Assembly: GCF_009914755.1 (NCBI RefSeq)
Contig: NC_060936.1
DNA: 64,000 nt
Direction: 5' to 3' (one strand)
Source: the human T2T-CHM13v2.0 reference genome, Homo sapiens
Shown here: one piece after another, positions 24,672-42,751 of the stretch
Layout of the letters: each line of letters opens with the position of its first letter
Numbering within the stretch: position 1 is the stretch's first letter
Position numbers and translations under genes: made by a program
Notes under the pieces: model-generated
What the model was told of the DNA's origin: nothing
Databases searched by the model: none
What the model saw: only the letters and a program-made list of their open reading frames with translations

Positions 24672-25639
24672 TACATGTGGTGTGTACTCGTCCTCTTGTT
24701 CTATGACATTTAGGATTAATTTTTTTTTAACAGATAAACTTAGTTTTTTTACTCAAAAACAATTTCAGGCCCCAAGGGTGGTAGTTAGAAATCATTCATC
24801 TCATTTAACCCTTTTCAAGACAGACGAGAACACTGATGCCTGCGGCTGTCATAAGTGACAGGCCAGGAATGGAATCTCAGCTTCTGACTGTGCATTCAGC
24901 TCTAACTGCTGTACTCACTGCCCTGCCAGCTATGGTTTCACAAGCATTCATACATTCCTTTAAAAAACTATAAACTCACCTAATGACAAATTATTTATGC
25001 TAAGAAATGATAAAACCCAGTAAGAAGAGCAAAGAGGTTTTTTAAAAAGTTAAAAGTGGTATATTTCATAGTAAAAGCCTTTATACAGTAACACCTTATC
25101 TTTAAAAATATTCATTGACAAAAGCAAAAATATCATTAAATATATAATCTTCTAAATCTAAATCTGTGATGAATGAATGAGGAAATGCATGCAAGAGAAA
25201 TTACTAGTGCTGACCAAAGAAGAAACAAGCTAGGTCAGGTCATAAAGGCCTGCCCGATAGTGTCGCCTTTAATATCTTTCCCATATAGAGGAATAAAAAG
25301 ATAATTTCACTTGACGATAAGGTTACCCATTTGGGATCTATATTCTGGTAGATTTTACAATCTGTATGATACAGCATATGTTACTAGGGAGACAGCAAAT
25401 ATAGTGGTTATGGGTATGGATGTTATGGGTATGGATGAATTATGTCAGACAGATCTTCAATCCAGGCTTCTTACTTATTATAGGAACTGAAGTAAAGTAT
25501 TCATTCTCTAGACTCAGTTTCCTCCTGTGTACAAAAGAGAAAACAGGCCAGGCGTGGTGGCTCACGCCTGTAATCCCAGCACTTTGGGAGGCCAAGGTGG
25601 GTGGATCACAAGGTCAGGAGTTTTAGATAAGCGTGATCA

Positions 25640-25825
<186 letters not shown>

Positions 25826-25923
25826 TTAAAAAAAAAAAAAAAAGAGAGAGAGAGAGAGAAAAGAATGCCTATTTCCTAAGGTTGTTGTCCAGACTGAATG
25901 AGGTACTGACTATAAAGAATTTA

Positions 25924-26299
<376 letters not shown>

Positions 26300-27002
26300 C
26301 TATAAATGTTAGCTATTTTACTATTTCATCATAGATTCTTATAGGACAGTGGCCACCACTTACGTATGTACTCCAGAATCTGACACACTGTAAGCATTTA
26401 ACATTAAATAATCCAAAATATAATAGCTAGTTATGGTTTTACCAAAAACAAAATTTAGGTCATTATTAAACAAAAATGCTAAGGATCAGGCATATGGCAC
26501 GTTTCCTAAAGCATCCTGTATAGAACCATCTCTACCATTCAGTAAATTATAGAAGAGGAAATTGTTTTCTTCCGTATGAAGCTTTATGGAAATCATGACT
26601 AACAATGCATTGTATTCTAGATATTTACTTTTATTACTCTGAGAGTATCTGTGACCAACAGTGGAAATACAAGCAAAAGGATGTGCACAGGAATTTTAGG
26701 ACAGTCTGTCTTAACACCTTAGCAGCAAACAGAACTTGTACTCCTCCAGCCTCCTTTCTCTCTCCCTGTCCCCTTTTCTTTCCCTTTCTCTCCTCCCTCA
26801 AAGACACTATGTCTCACCCTCTTCCCCTCCCTTGTCTTCCCAGTTGTCTATGCTGGTGTGTCCTGTATTAACAAAATGGGCCATAAGCCTGAGCCTTGGG
26901 GTTATCACAGAGAATTTAGCTTCACTCACTCTTGGGCCAATTTCACTATAAAGAGTTTTATTTCCAGTAGATTTCCAAAATTAAATGATCATTATACCAC
27001 AG

Positions 27003-27750
27003 TGTCTTAGTCTGTTTTCGTGTTGCTATAAAGAAAATACCTGAGGCTGGGTAGTCTATAAAGAAATGGCGCAGCCAGGCATGGTGGCTCACTGCCTGTA
27101 ATCCCAGCACTTTGGGAGGCCAAGGATGGGTGGACTGCTTGAGCTCAGGAGTTTGAGATCAGCTTAGGCAACATCTTTGTAGAGATGGCAAAACCCCATC
27201 TCTACAAAAAATACAAAAATTAGCCAGGCATGGTGGCACATGCCTGTGGTCTCAGCTACTAGGGAGACTGAGGTGAAGGACTGCTTGAGCCCAAGGAGAT
27301 TGAGGCTGCAATAAGCCAACATTGCACCACTGCACTCCAGCCTGGGTAACAGAGACTCTGTCCCACACCCCCCACCCACCCTCCCCGAAAAAAAAGAAAG
27401 AAAAAGAAAAGAAATAGTTGGCGGCTATACTACGCAAGAGGCATGGCGCCAGCATCTACTTCTGGTGAGAGCTTCAGGCTGCTTCCTCTCATGGCAGAAG
27501 GCTAGCCAATTAGAGATCACATAGCAAGAGAGAGGAACGAAGAGGGTAGGGGAGTGGTGCCAGACTCTTTTTAACAACTAGCTCTTGTGGGAACTCATAG
27601 AGGGAGAACTCACCCATTACCTCTAGGAGGGCACCAAGCCATTAACGAGGGATCTGCCCCCATAACCCAAATATCTCCCAATAAGCCCCACCTCCAACAT
27701 TAGGAATCAAATTTCAACGTGAGGTTTGGGGACAAAGAGCCAAACTAGCA
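27003..27750 (-). mobile_element. MST-type MaLR solo LTR interrupted by an Alu (~27074-27412)
   Basis: TG...CA ends; 5-bp TSD CACAG (26998-27002, 27751-27755). Confidence 0.85.
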
Positions 27751-29559
27751 CACAGCAACCAGATCTTGAATCTTCTTTGGCCTCATTAAAATGAAGGCTG
27801 ATCCCTGTACTACTCCTTCCCCAGCCCCTGAGCTACCCGGGGCAGACCTTCCAAACTCCCAAGAACCTATTGTGAGCCAAGGATGTCAACAAAGCTAACA
27901 ATTGACACAGTATCAATGGTATTTGGATCACGGCAGCTTCTATCCCAATTAAGCCTATACACCCGGCCACTGTTTTTAAAAAACACACTTCAGCACAGTC
28001 TTGACTATGACATTCAGTCTGGAATAAGGGCAATCCTGAAATGCTTGTTGAATGAGTCAAGCTCATCTTTTTTCTGAGTTTAAATAGAATAACTATGGAG
28101 CATAGTGGACTGGAACCACCAGGCACTAGTCAGGTGTCTACTGCTGATCAAATGTAATCTGAGAGGGCCCTTAATCTCTGAGCCTCAGTCTCTTTACCAT
28201 AAATATGTCTAAGGTCCCTTCAAGAACTAACGTGACATGATATTCTGTCAGTCTTGACTAAATGTTCTGCTTATTTGAATTCAGATCATGGTCTCCACCG
28301 TCTCTACGCTCTTTTGAAAACCACACCCAACACAACCAAAGCTAAAAATAGCTAGAGAGAGACACTAAGGAAAAGATCTAAACAAAGTTCTATGGCAGAG
28401 ATCTCATCCATCAGACTTCGACAACTATTAGGAGGGCTGAATCCAGGCTACCAAGGGAACACTTTAAGAATATTCTGGTCATCACATAATTTGTAGACTC
28501 ATGTAAACTTATATTCATTCCCTTATTAAACACTGTGTACTGTATATAAGGTACTACGAAAGAGGCAAAGTCCCTTCTCTCTTAGAGGGCTTGTATATTT
28601 ATTTTACTTAATCAAGGCCTTATCATGTCCTTCATTTTCCCATTGCTCAAAAGATTGACTGCTGTAAATTAAGCCATGTGTACTCCTACAGCCAGGTCTT
28701 AAAGGAAATAAAAGCTATAAAATAAGATTTCAAAATGATGTCTGCCTTCCCTGACATCAACTAATTGCACGATTTACCTCCATTTATACCTCCTTTCTTC
28801 TACATGCAATAAAGAATCTCGTTTTGAAACCTTTTCCTTATCTTTAATATTTAAAGGGAATTTAAACATTTCTCCCAAAGGACGTTTTGTTCATGGGCAA
28901 AGTACCTCTTGAAAATATACAGTGGGTAGGAGAAGCACAAGAACTTCGATGTGGTACAGAAAGGACGACAGGTAATATGAGTATATCAGTATATACATGT
29001 GGACATCACCATAAAGTTTCTAAGTCCTCCATTTTAAAATATATTTTTATGTATATAGTTAAATTATTTTCAGCTATTAAGAGTTCTACGTATTTGAGAT
29101 GAAAGAAGTCTCTTCCATTGCTGTTTAAGCTTGGTTTTACTAGGAGGGTCTAAAAACCATTTGAAGCCTTGATAAGTTTTATTATAAGGTCTTAGTCTAT
29201 TTAACTGTTGTTGTCTTTGATTTCAATGTCCCACCACCTGCAGAGTGTGAATTCTAGGAATATGCGTATGTTAAGAAAGTCTATGAAGCAACTGGTAGAA
29301 TTTATGTTTAATAGAAGTCAATTAAGACCTTCTAGAGGCACGGTGACAACTTGCTAAGAAAGTGTGATAAAGACAGATCAGCTCCAGCAAGGCAAAATAG
29401 AAACTTGACTATCATTAACTTTGAAATTAATGCAGCAAAACAGAAACTACCTTCTGGCTAATTTGCCTAACACAGTTTCATGATCCCCAAATGTTGCTCT
29501 ACGGAAATAGTCAAGAAAATTCTTAGTTGAGAACATGATATGACATTCTCCTGTTTTCC

Positions 29560-31395
<1,836 letters not shown>

Positions 31396-33239
31396 ATACT
31401 GAAATATTACAAGGCAAAATACATTATTACCTGAATACATTAAATATTATGAGAAGCAGAAATCCCAATCACCCACACTCACACAGTTTTGCAAAAAGAG
31501 ACATCATAGTTTGTTTCTTAAAAATGCATTAAAGTCTAATTGATGGTTTTGTTAACATCATTCTCTCTGTGCCTAAAGAGTCCTAGGTCACACCTAAAAG
31601 GTACAGTTTTAGCTTCAGTAGGCAAACGGAAAAGAAAAATACAGGCTTTTTTCCTTTCATTAGTCATCACTGACAGAAGGCCTCCAAGTGACCCTGGTGC
31701 CACAAATGTTTAGGATCTTTAGGGAAGAAAGGAGTCTAGAAAAATAACAATATTCCTTCACCAATCTCGAGAAGAATCTCTCCAAATCTCTCTGCAGACA
31801 TTTTTTCTTCATATCCTTTAACAAAGCCATTCTTAACATGTACATGAAATCTTAGTTGAAGAAACAATGTGATTACATAATTACACATACGGAAAAACTT
31901 GGTATTCTATTATCTCTCCAAATTTTTTTTTAACTAAAACTAGACTTACAGTTTTTGTTGAAAATGTTTTGTGTTTCTACCTCCGAAGAATATGAAAAAA
32001 AGAAAATGTTCTGCTCTGAAGCTGAGTTAAGAAGAAGATAGCCAAGACGTGGGTTGATGGGGACTGTATTTTAAGGCTGAACAGTTTTGTTTACTATTGT
32101 TTATTATTTAATATATTCTTCCCAGTCTCCCCACCCCCACCAAAGGAAAAGCGAAAAATTTACGTTAGTGCAATCAATAAGGAATTATTTGTCCAAAGGA
32201 AGTTGTTCTGAAAGGCTATGACCTAAGTCTTTAACACAAAGTTCAGGCGGTAGATGTCACTTCTCTCACCCATTTAACAACAACAACAAATCAAGATTCA
32301 GATCCCGCGGAGGCAAGCAGAAAGGAACAGGCGTGAAAAATGAAATCAGTTGTTTCTCCCCGGCCTCCTCTCGACACTGCGCACTCCGCTGCCCTGCCCC
32401 CGCCCATCGCCCTTTAGCGGCCCCTTTTAACGGCGTCGTTTGCCCAGCACAGCCCCGCACTGCGCCATCAAATGAGTCAAGCGGAAGGACCGGTACCCCT
32501 CCGGGAAAACCAGGCACTAACACACGGTGCACCCAACTGAATTTAAACTCGGGAACAGTGTAGGCAGTGTCAACAAAGCGCGGTGCTGGGTCCCGAGCGT
32601 CCAAAGGTCCCTGCCAGCTCCCAGACGCGGCCAAATCCACAGGATTCCAAAAGGTGACTTGGCCGGCACCGCAGAGCGGCAGGCGGCGCAGAGGGCAGAG
32701 TCCGACCGGTCCCCGCCCCGCGCTCGCTCCGCACGGCCACCGGCTCCTCCGCGGACGCTACCCCGGCGGGAGCCGAGCTGAGTCCGACTCCCCCTCTCCC
32801 GAAGAGGCCCGAAAGCCGCGTCACGTGCGGGGCCGAAACTTCGCGGCCGGGGCCGGGTGGCTGGCGGGTGGGAGGCAGGCACGGCGGTCGGGGGGCAGCC
32901 CGCGCGCCCGGTGACTCACCGGCCGCCTCCGAGTGCGGCTGCAGGCGAAGGGGCCGGCGCGCCAGGCGGGGTCCGTGCCCTTGGGGCCACCCCCGCGCCT
33001 GTTATTAATAACCCAGCGCCTGGAGGCGAAAGCCCCGGTGGGCGCAGCCGCAAAGCCCGCACGCGGAATAAATAACAATGTCATTAAATCGCGCCCGAGC
33101 GCCAGTTCGGCCAGAAAGCGGCGGGAGGGCGCCACCGGGAGCTGACTTTGTCTGGAGCCTGCACCCCGCCTCCCGCGCGTCCCCACAGCGTCCCCCGCGC
33201 CCCTGAGGGGGCTCAGCGCCGCCGCAGCCCTGGCCTTAC

Positions 33240-33366
33240 CCGCCAGCTCGTCAGGCTCCAGCCCGCTGTCCGCGTCGATCCCGCACAGCACGAAGTAGTG
33301 CGCGAAGCGGCAGGCGGCCGGGGAGGAGCCCGAGCCCGGGCCGGGCGCCGCGCAGCTCCCGCTCAT
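33240..33366 (-). CDS. DENND5B: DENND5B first coding exon (DENN-domain Rab GEF, uDENN N-terminus), 127 nt, phase 1
   Basis: ATG at 33366-33364 encodes MSGSCAAPGPGSGSSPAACRFAHYFVLCGIDADSGLEPDELA(G), recognisable as the DENND5B N-terminus. It ends at a canonical donor GCGG|GTAAGG (plus-strand ccttac 33234-33239) and lies in a CpG island. Confidence 0.96.
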
Positions 33367-33387
33367 CCCGGCCGCGCTGCTCCAGGG

Positions 33388-33405
33388 GCCGCCGCCGCCG
33401 CCGCC
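33388..33405 (-). repeat. (GGC)6 trinucleotide repeat in the 5'UTR
   Basis: Plus strand (gcc)6, about 21 nt upstream of the start codon. Confidence 0.9.
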
Positions 33406-33464
33406 CGGGAAGGCTTTCTGCGGAGGCTGCCACCACCGCTCCGGCTGTGGTCTGTGCGCCCGCC

Positions 33465-33488
33465 CTAGGGCGACACTGGCGCGCCCAT
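33465..33488 (-). other. upstream ORF (MGAPVSP*) in the presumed DENND5B 5'UTR
   Basis: gcggccATGG context; ATG GGC GCG CCA GTG TCG CCC TAG; stop 98 nt before the main ATG. Requires a TSS upstream of 33488 (inferred). Confidence 0.65.
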
Positions 33489-34490
33489 GGCCGCGCAGCC
33501 GCCTCTCGCCGCCGCAGCCTGCCTCCTCGCTCGGCGCGGGGGAAGCGGCCGCGGGCTCGCGCGCGGCGGGTCCGGAGCCCGGCCGGGTGGGGGAGGGGCG
33601 CGGGGGGAGTGTCGGCCTGAGAGGCCCTCGCAGCCGCAGCTGCGCTCGCGAGCTGAGAGCCGCCGCGTCTGGCGCCCGCGGGTCAGCTGAGCGGCGCTCG
33701 GGCTGTGGGAGCGCGGGGCGGGCGGGGGCGCCGGGGCTCGGCGCGTGCGACGGAGAGGGGTGGGGGGCGCGCTCGCGAGGGACGGAGGCGCGCGCTTCTA
33801 CCGTGCGCGCGCGCCTAGCGGGTTCGGAGGCCAAGCCTGGCGTGGGGCCGCATTCGTGCCCACTGGCCCCGGCTGCGGCATCGAGGGCGACCCTGCACAC
33901 ACCCCTCCTCGCCCTGGCCAGCCGATAAGAGGGCTAGCCTCAGTGTGGGGGTCTGTCTTCTAAAGGGGTTGTCACCCATCCTTATTTCTTTTAATGCAGC
34001 TTTGGGGAAGGTGAACAGCCGCTCTGAGATCATTTCGCATAACGGTCTGAACCATCGTCTTTTAAACTGTGACCTGTGTGGGGGTGCCTGTCTCACTTTA
34101 AGGTCCTCCCTTCCCCCAGCCGTCACCCCATTTACAGGCCATCCTTAGTGACTTAGTGACAAGTCAACCGTGAGGGGGAAAAAACACAACTCAATACCCA
34201 CAAAGCGTTGAGACTTCTAGAAGGAGTGCAGTCACCAACCCCCGCCTTCTGTCATTTATCCTGACATTTTCCAGGTCAGTGTAAATAGCCAAGGCGCTCC
34301 AGTTCCGCAGCCCTGTACCCATCCGATGTTATCGGCTCTCCCCGCAAGTAACAATCGGAGGCTAAAGCAACAGGAATTAGACCATGAACTCTGCTCCTCC
34401 CAAAGGCACGGCTTTCTTGCCCTGCTCAGCTGTCTTTTGCCTTCTCGGAAGGAACTCGACAACCAGTTCTTTTTCCTTTGAAAGAAAACT

Positions 34491-36746
<2,256 letters not shown>

Positions 36747-37655
36747 CTAATTGTGAACACTTTAATTACTCTTATGCAATATTGCTTTTCCTCACGTAGA
36801 AAGTACTGAAATGCATAACATTTCATTAGTAAGGAAGGAAGTGCCAGGTATCTGTTTCTCCTGTCTTCGGTGGTAACTTCTTACAGAATGTTTGTTAGAT
36901 TCCAAGCGAATCAAACAAACACAGTAAAAAAACTGATTTACTGTTTGCACTAGCCAAGGCACGTCATTTTTTTTTTTAAATTTGACCAGTAACTGATTTA
37001 TGAGTTTGTAAGCCCCACATTAATATTTTTAAGGTGAAAAAAATTGAATCACCAACAAACAATGCATGCAATTAAAATATACTAATCTCATAAAAATAGA
37101 ATTCCTAAAATCTTTCCTAAAGCTTTTAGGAAAATAGTCACACATTACAAAATTAAACACTAATTTGAAAATATCCGTATACTTTTTTAATTATCACTTC
37201 AGGATGACACTGTGTAAGTATATTCTGCATTAAGCTACAATGAAACGAAGTTGAAAGGATACTCAAGAATTAGCTATGTATCATTATATGCAGATTGTCC
37301 TCTGAAATAATGACAGAGAAGTAAATTAGCTCAGTGAACAAAAATCTGAGCAATGATCTGCTGTCTCCAAAGGACTTACTGGTAAAGCCTCAAATGGACG
37401 GCATGGCATGCTTGGGATAGCTGAGTCCTGCCACGGTCTGCGGAAGTGGAGGAATGAGAGATTGATAGCACTGCTAAGCTGGTGGCACATGGTGACTCTG
37501 ACTACCAGTAAAATGTGGTCCAATGAATGTTTTGGGCTCTAAATAGTTACATTAGCAATCAATCCCTTCTTTCTTGGTTGTTTATATGTGGCTGGAGTGT
37601 GGTGGTGAAGAACGGTGTTGACAAGGATTGTCATAGCATCAAAAGAGAAAAATAA

Positions 37656-38068
<413 letters not shown>

Positions 38069-38127
38069 TAGCTAACAATTATAATAAATTTTCATGTTCA
38101 AATTACTGGTTTCTATCTCCTGACTAA

Positions 38128-38505
38128 TCCATAAGCCAAATGTCCATCACCAGATGAATGGAGAATTAAATTGGTATCCTCATACAAGGGAACACTACTT
38201 AGTAGTAAAGAGGAATGAACCACTGATACATGCCACAAGGTGCATGGCTGTCAAAAATATGCTAAGCAAAAGATGCCAGGCACAGAGGAGTCCATAGTGT
38301 ATCCCTCTACTCATATGAAATTCTAGACTGGGCAGGAAGCAGATCAGTGGTTGCCTGGGGCCAGAGGTGATGTGGTGGGAAATTGACTGCAAAAGGGCAG
38401 GAGGGAGCTTTCCGGAGCAATGGGAAAATGTTGTACCTTGATTGTGGTAGTGCTTTCACAGACAGATATATTTGTCAAAACCCAATGTACTCTTACAGCA
38501 AATAC
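38128..38505 (+). mobile_element. old L1M 3' fragment
   Basis: caaatgtccatcaccagatgaatgga...cagatcagtggttgcctgggg. Confidence 0.72.
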
Positions 38506-38802
38506 ATTTTTTTTTTTTTGAGATGGAGTCTCACTCTGTCACCCAGGTAGGAGTGTAGTGGCTCAATCTCGGCTCACTGCAACCTTTGCCTCCCGGGTTC
38601 AAGCAATTCTCCTGCCTCAGCCTCCTGAGTAGCTGGGATTACAGGTGCACGCCACCACACCCGGCTAATTTTTGTATTTTTAGTAGAGACAGGGTTTCAC
38701 CGTATTGGTCAGGCTGGTCTCGAACTCCTGACCTTAGGTGATCTGTCCGCCTCAGCCTCCCAAAGTGCTGGGATTACAGGCGTGAGCCACCGCGCCTGGC
38801 TA

Positions 38803-39033
<231 letters not shown>

Positions 39034-39535
39034 TCACAAATCTATTTACAAACAAAAAAGAGCCAAAAGATTTATGTCCAGTTTTTATTGCATCCTACTC
39101 ATTTTCAAAAACTTTTGTAAAGTTTCAAAACTTTACATTTCCTAAAATTCTACTCATTTTGGTTGATTGACAAGGACTGATCCAAATTCTTACAAAAATT
39201 TTATTCAATTTTGGTTTTTTTTCAACCAGTATGTTTTGGGGTGGTTTGGTGTGCTGATAAAGGGGACAACCTCCAGACTCTCACTACCTGGGTTCAAATC
39301 TCACTTCTTTTAGTATCTATAAGACAATCTGCTTAATGTTACTCTAGCTTTAATTTCCTTATTTGTCCAGTGCAGATCAAAATTAAGTTATTGTGAAGTT
39401 TGAAGGAGATAATACATGTAGAGTGCTTAGCACAGTCCCTAGAACATAGAAAGTATTCAATATATGTAACTCATTGTTTCTGTGTGCCAGACACTGAGCT
39501 AGACATTTTAACATACTCTATCTCATTATTTTGAT

Positions 39536-40555
39536 TTTTTTTTTTTTGAGACAGTTTCTCTCTCTCTGTTGCTCAGGCTGGAGTGCAGTGGTGTGATTTT
39601 CTTTTTTTGGAAGGCAGTTTTATAATTTTATTTGATATATTCGACAATCAGTGGTTAGTTCTCATCCACATTGACTGTCTGTAGATTTTTGAAAGCATAG
39701 GGATGCCATATGGGACATTCCTTAATCCTTTGGTCAAGACAGCTTTGTTAAGCCTGGTATCAGTGTGCACATCCGTAGTTCCCATGTCCTTGATGGCAAA
39801 TTTCCAGATCTCGCTGAGTGCCCGAGGGGCACTCTTCTTGAAACCAACTCCATGAATGCGCTTGTGAATGTTGATGGTATATTCTCTGGTCACCAGCTCA
39901 CTGATGGCAGAACTGTAATTCTTCTCACCACCCTTCTTTGCGGGAGGCATTCTGAGGGGCCCAAGTTGGAAAGGAAGAGTGCGAGGGATTGTGGGCGAAG
40001 TGCAGTGGTGTGATTATAGCTCACTGCAGCCTCCATCTTCCAGGCTCAAGTGATCCTCTCATCTCAGCCTCCCTAGGAGCTGCAGCTACAGGCACATGCC
40101 ACCATGCCCAGCTAATTCTTTATTTATTTTATTTTATTTTTTGAGTCAAGGTCTCACTGTGCCACCCAGGCTGGAGTGCGGTGGCATGATCAAGGCTCAC
40201 TGCAGCCTCCACCTCCTGGGTGCAAATGATCCTCCCACCTCTCAGCTCCCTGAGTACCGGGACCACAGGCACAAGCTATCATGCCCGGCTAATGTTTGTA
40301 TTTTTTGTAGAGCTGGGGTTTCACCATGTTAGCCAGGCTGGTCTCCTAGCCTCAAGTGCTATGCCCGCCTCAGCCTCCCAAAGTGCTGGGATTACAGGTG
40401 TGAGCCACCCCGCCTGGCCAACTTTTTATTTTTATTTTTAATAGAGATAGGGTATCCTTACATTGCCCAGGTGTGCAATGTAAGTCTCGAACTCCTAAAC
40501 TCAAATGATCCTCCTGCCTTGGCCTCCCAAAGTGGGCATGAGCCACCACGCCCAG
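39536..40555 (-). mobile_element. old Alu hosting the RPL31 retrocopy and a second Alu (~40117-40420)
   Basis: Host Alu sequence resumes after each insertion. Confidence 0.82.
39599..39998 (-). pseudogene. processed RPL31 pseudogene with ~80-nt internal deletion/frameshift
   Basis: ATG at 39950 gives [41 protein letters not shown]. The C-terminus [12 protein letters not shown] is out of frame (TAA 39655-39657). Intronless; TOP tract CTCTTCCTTTCC; AATAAA 39627-39632; A-tail; 17-bp TSD at 39582-39598 and 39999-40015. Confidence 0.96.
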
Positions 40556-41303
40556 TCATGAAAATCAGTCCAAGAGGTCTAGCACTTCTTGCATAGCACT
40601 TCAGAATACAATAGGTCATGATCACTTTAATCAGATAGGGCCAATGGAGATATGCAGACCCTAGTTCCAGGCCCACTCAATGAGACATGATAAATACTGA
40701 GAGGGGTATAGGGGGGTTGGGGTCACTGAGCCTGTGCTGTGTTGACAAGAGAAGTTCAATGTGGCAGTCAAACTTAGCATCCAAAGTGGGCCACCATCTC
40801 TAGATGGCGTCTACACGGTCAGCAAAAGGGGCCGTAAGATTTAGTTGTTGCAAATGGTGACAGAAAGGAGCATCCAAGGCATCTGGCATTCGGAAATCCA
40901 GGCAAGCAAGGTGGCGGGGGTGGGGGGGTGGTGGCTCACACCTGTAATCCCAGCACTTTGGGAGGCCGAGGCAGGTGGAACAGCTGAGGTCAGGAGTTCA
41001 AGACCAGCCTGGCCAACATGGCGAGACCCTGTCTCTACTAAAAATACAAAATTAGCCAGGCGTGGTGGCGCACACCTATAATCCCAGCTACTTGGAAGGC
41101 TGAGGTAGGAGAATCGCCGGAACCCAGGCAGGTGAAGGTTGCAGTGAGCCGAGATTGCGCCACTGTGCTCCAGCCTGGGAGACAGAGTGAGACTTTGTCT
41201 CCAAAAAATAAAATAATATAATATAAAATTCCAGGCAAGCAGCTTCAGGAAGTCTATCATGGAATCACAGGTTCTCTCCAGTTGTAATAAGAAGTCAAGA
41301 GGA

Positions 41304-41782
41304 TATAGTGGGTTGAATTGTGTCCCCAAAAAGGTGTGTCCAAGTCCTAATCCCTATACCTGTGAATGTGATCTTATTCAGAAATAAAATATTTGCAGAT
41401 GTAATTGAGGATCTCATCTTGAGATCCTTAATGCAGTGCAATTATAGCTGAGTGGGCCCTAAACCCAATGACTGGTGTCCTTATAAGAAAAGGGAGATTT
41501 GAGATATTGAGACACACATAGGCGAAGATCATGTGAAGACAGAGACAGAGCTTGGAATGTTGTTGCCACAAGCTAAGGAGTGCCAAGCATTGCCAGCAGA
41601 CACCAGAAGCTAGGAGAGAGGGATGGAATGGATTCTCCCTGGGGGTCCCCCAGAAGGAATCAGCCCTCCTGACACCTTGGTTTTAGCCTTGTGGCATCTA
41701 AAACTGTGAGAAAATTAACTTCTGTTATTTAAACCACCAAGTTTGTGGTAATTGGTTGCAGCAGCCCTAGGAAATTAATGTA
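41304..41782 (+). mobile_element. MLT1C-like MaLR solo LTR
   Basis: gggttgaattgtgtccccaaaa...gcagccctaggaaattaat; flanks GAGGA/GAGGG. Confidence 0.8.
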
Positions 41783-42289
41783 GAGGGGAACCTGCAAGGG
41801 CCCAGCCTGAAAAAGGAACTAGAGACCTAGGTAGGTTACCAGAGCGGAACCCAAGATACTAGGACCGAGGGCTCCTGGAGAGAGACACTTGCATATAAGG
41901 CAGAAGCTAAATTCTAAGGACCTACGTACAATGACAAAGTCTAAATACAAAAGACGGTGACAGGACTTGGTAGAAGGTCCAAGCAGAACCCATTTGTAGC
42001 AGAAAATGGGGCAGGGATAGGCCTGAAAATCCACATCAAGTGTCCTCATCTATGGGAAGGAAAAGCTCTAAATAGACCAGAAACTGAAACAGGGTAGTGG
42101 TGTTGTTGTTGTTGTTGTTGTTGTTTTGTTGTTGTTGTTGTTTTAAAAGCAGAGACAAAGTCTCGCTATATTGCCCAGGCTGGTCTCAAACTCATGCGCT
42201 CAAGCAATCCTACCACCTCAGCCTCCCAAAGTGCTGGGATTACAGGCATGAGCCACTATACCCAGCAGGATTTGGGTTTTAAAAGGTCA

Positions 42290-42751
<462 letters not shown>

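Larger units (their letters stand above)
32300..34100. promoter_or_regulatory. CpG island / TATA-less, likely bidirectional promoter and 5'UTR of DENND5B
   Basis: Very high GC and CpG density; GC boxes; CTCGCGAG at 33645-33652 and 33772-33779; GTCACGTG E-box 32820-32827; AP-1 sites 32473-32479 and 32912-32918. Confidence 0.92.

Noticed and set aside
32821-33900. 359-aa ORF as a single-exon protein
   Set aside because: Non-ATG start in GC-rich DNA; only 33240-33366 is recognisable coding sequence, and it ends at a canonical donor.
39648-39950. 100-aa RPL31 ORF as a functional gene
   Set aside because: Many substitutions, internal deletion and frameshifted C-terminus.
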